A DNA stretch of 63,632 bases, filler included, from Reticulomyxa filosa (lineage: Eukaryota > Protista > Foraminifera): NCBI GenBank assembly GCA_000512085.1. It is 18 parts of 18 records of this genome, joined end to end, with 100 filler letters (N's around TTAATTAATTAA, not from the genome) between each part and the next. Parts side by side here need not be neighbours in the genome. Positions count along the whole stretch, not along the records: positions 62,035 to 63,632 come from ASPP01003050.1; 17 more parts are not named here. One strand, given 5' to 3'. Below the pieces are notes generated by a model. The model was given only the letters and a program-made list of their open reading frames with translations. It had not been told where the DNA came from and did not search any database. This document shows, piece after piece, positions 63,161 to 63,632 of the stretch (position 1 is its first letter; each line of letters begins with the position of its first letter). Made by a program: the position numbers and the translations under genes.

Positions 63161-63632
63161 CAAACGTTTGGCAAATGGAAGGAATAGGCAATTCTACAAC
63201 AACACCCGTGCTCGTATTTTGTTTAGGAAAATCTGTCCTAATTTTGATGATTAATTCGGCCTTGTATTCATTCAGCAATTTAAAGGATGGAAAAATGCAA
63301 AATGGGTGACGAAATTCGTTGGTCACACGATAGTTAATGAGAATAAACTCTCCTTCGGGAGGGGTAAAGTTCAGGGTGCGCGTTTGTTCAAACTCCTCTG
63401 CCTGCACACACTCGTGGAAATTTATGTCATCCAACACGACGCCACCATACACTACGCTTCTGCCGCGTTTCCCGATTACCAAATCTCCGTTCAGAGCCAG
63501 TTTTAGTTCGGGGCTTCCAGTCAAATACGATTTCATTTGGATCGTACCGTCGATTGATGAACTTAGTGGAGTCCCCTTTTTTCCATCAAGAAGGTCTTTT
63601 TAACCCCTATTGCAAAAAGGAGAGAGAGGGGG
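62752..63632 (-). CDS. AP4M1: AP-4 complex mu subunit, C-terminal mu-homology domain
   Basis: GTIQMKSYLTGSPELKLALN, LDDINFHECV, FTPPEGEFILINYR, GPISMNFEIPMYNVSNLQIRY and WVRYITRSQSYICRL; intron 63077-63165. Confidence 0.9.

Noticed and set aside
1-63632. Operon-like or pathway clustering (strumpellin + maspardin + AP4M1 endosomal genes; bacterial genes next to host genes as HGT)
   Set aside because: These genes lie on different contigs separated by artificial spacers, so adjacency carries no information.

Overview
This is not one locus. It is 18 short contigs joined by an artificial 100-bp spacer (44 N + TTAATTAATTAA + 44 N), so neighbours across spacers mean nothing. Seventeen contigs are AT-rich, intron-rich protist nuclear DNA. 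The gene families (RNF213-like ATPase, a characteristic WD40 family, 'ISMKLNEKQL' helical repeats, TPR relics) and the long homopolymers suggest a foraminiferan such as Reticulomyxa filosa; this is inference, not a database match. One contig (30467-32656) is bacterial and Rickettsiales-like: a frameshifted opacity-type outer-membrane barrel, a hypothetical ORF with a Shine-Dalgarno, an IS6-like miniature element and a decayed ORF. Recognisable eukaryotic genes: RNF213-like AAA+ ATPase, glutathione reductase (7 introns, PTS2-like N-terminus), C-type lectin with PT repeats, PARN/CAF1-family nuclease, CWF19L1-like, a strumpellin pseudogene fragment, a SAP+KH protein, a CaMK-family kinase, an LRR membrane protein, maspardin, RPA1-like, TIP41, a CLK-like kinase, a decayed LINE, a linalool dehydratase/isomerase-like protein, GCNA-like, lipoate-protein ligase and AP-4 mu. 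The most striking unexplained signal is intron architecture. Donors are mostly GTT, acceptors often AAG with A-rich rather than pyrimidine-rich 3' ends, and in many introns the two ends base-pair into a stem that closes at the splice sites, with apparent compensatory covariation. All intron boundaries were placed by hand from reading-frame continuity and need RNA-seq confirmation.
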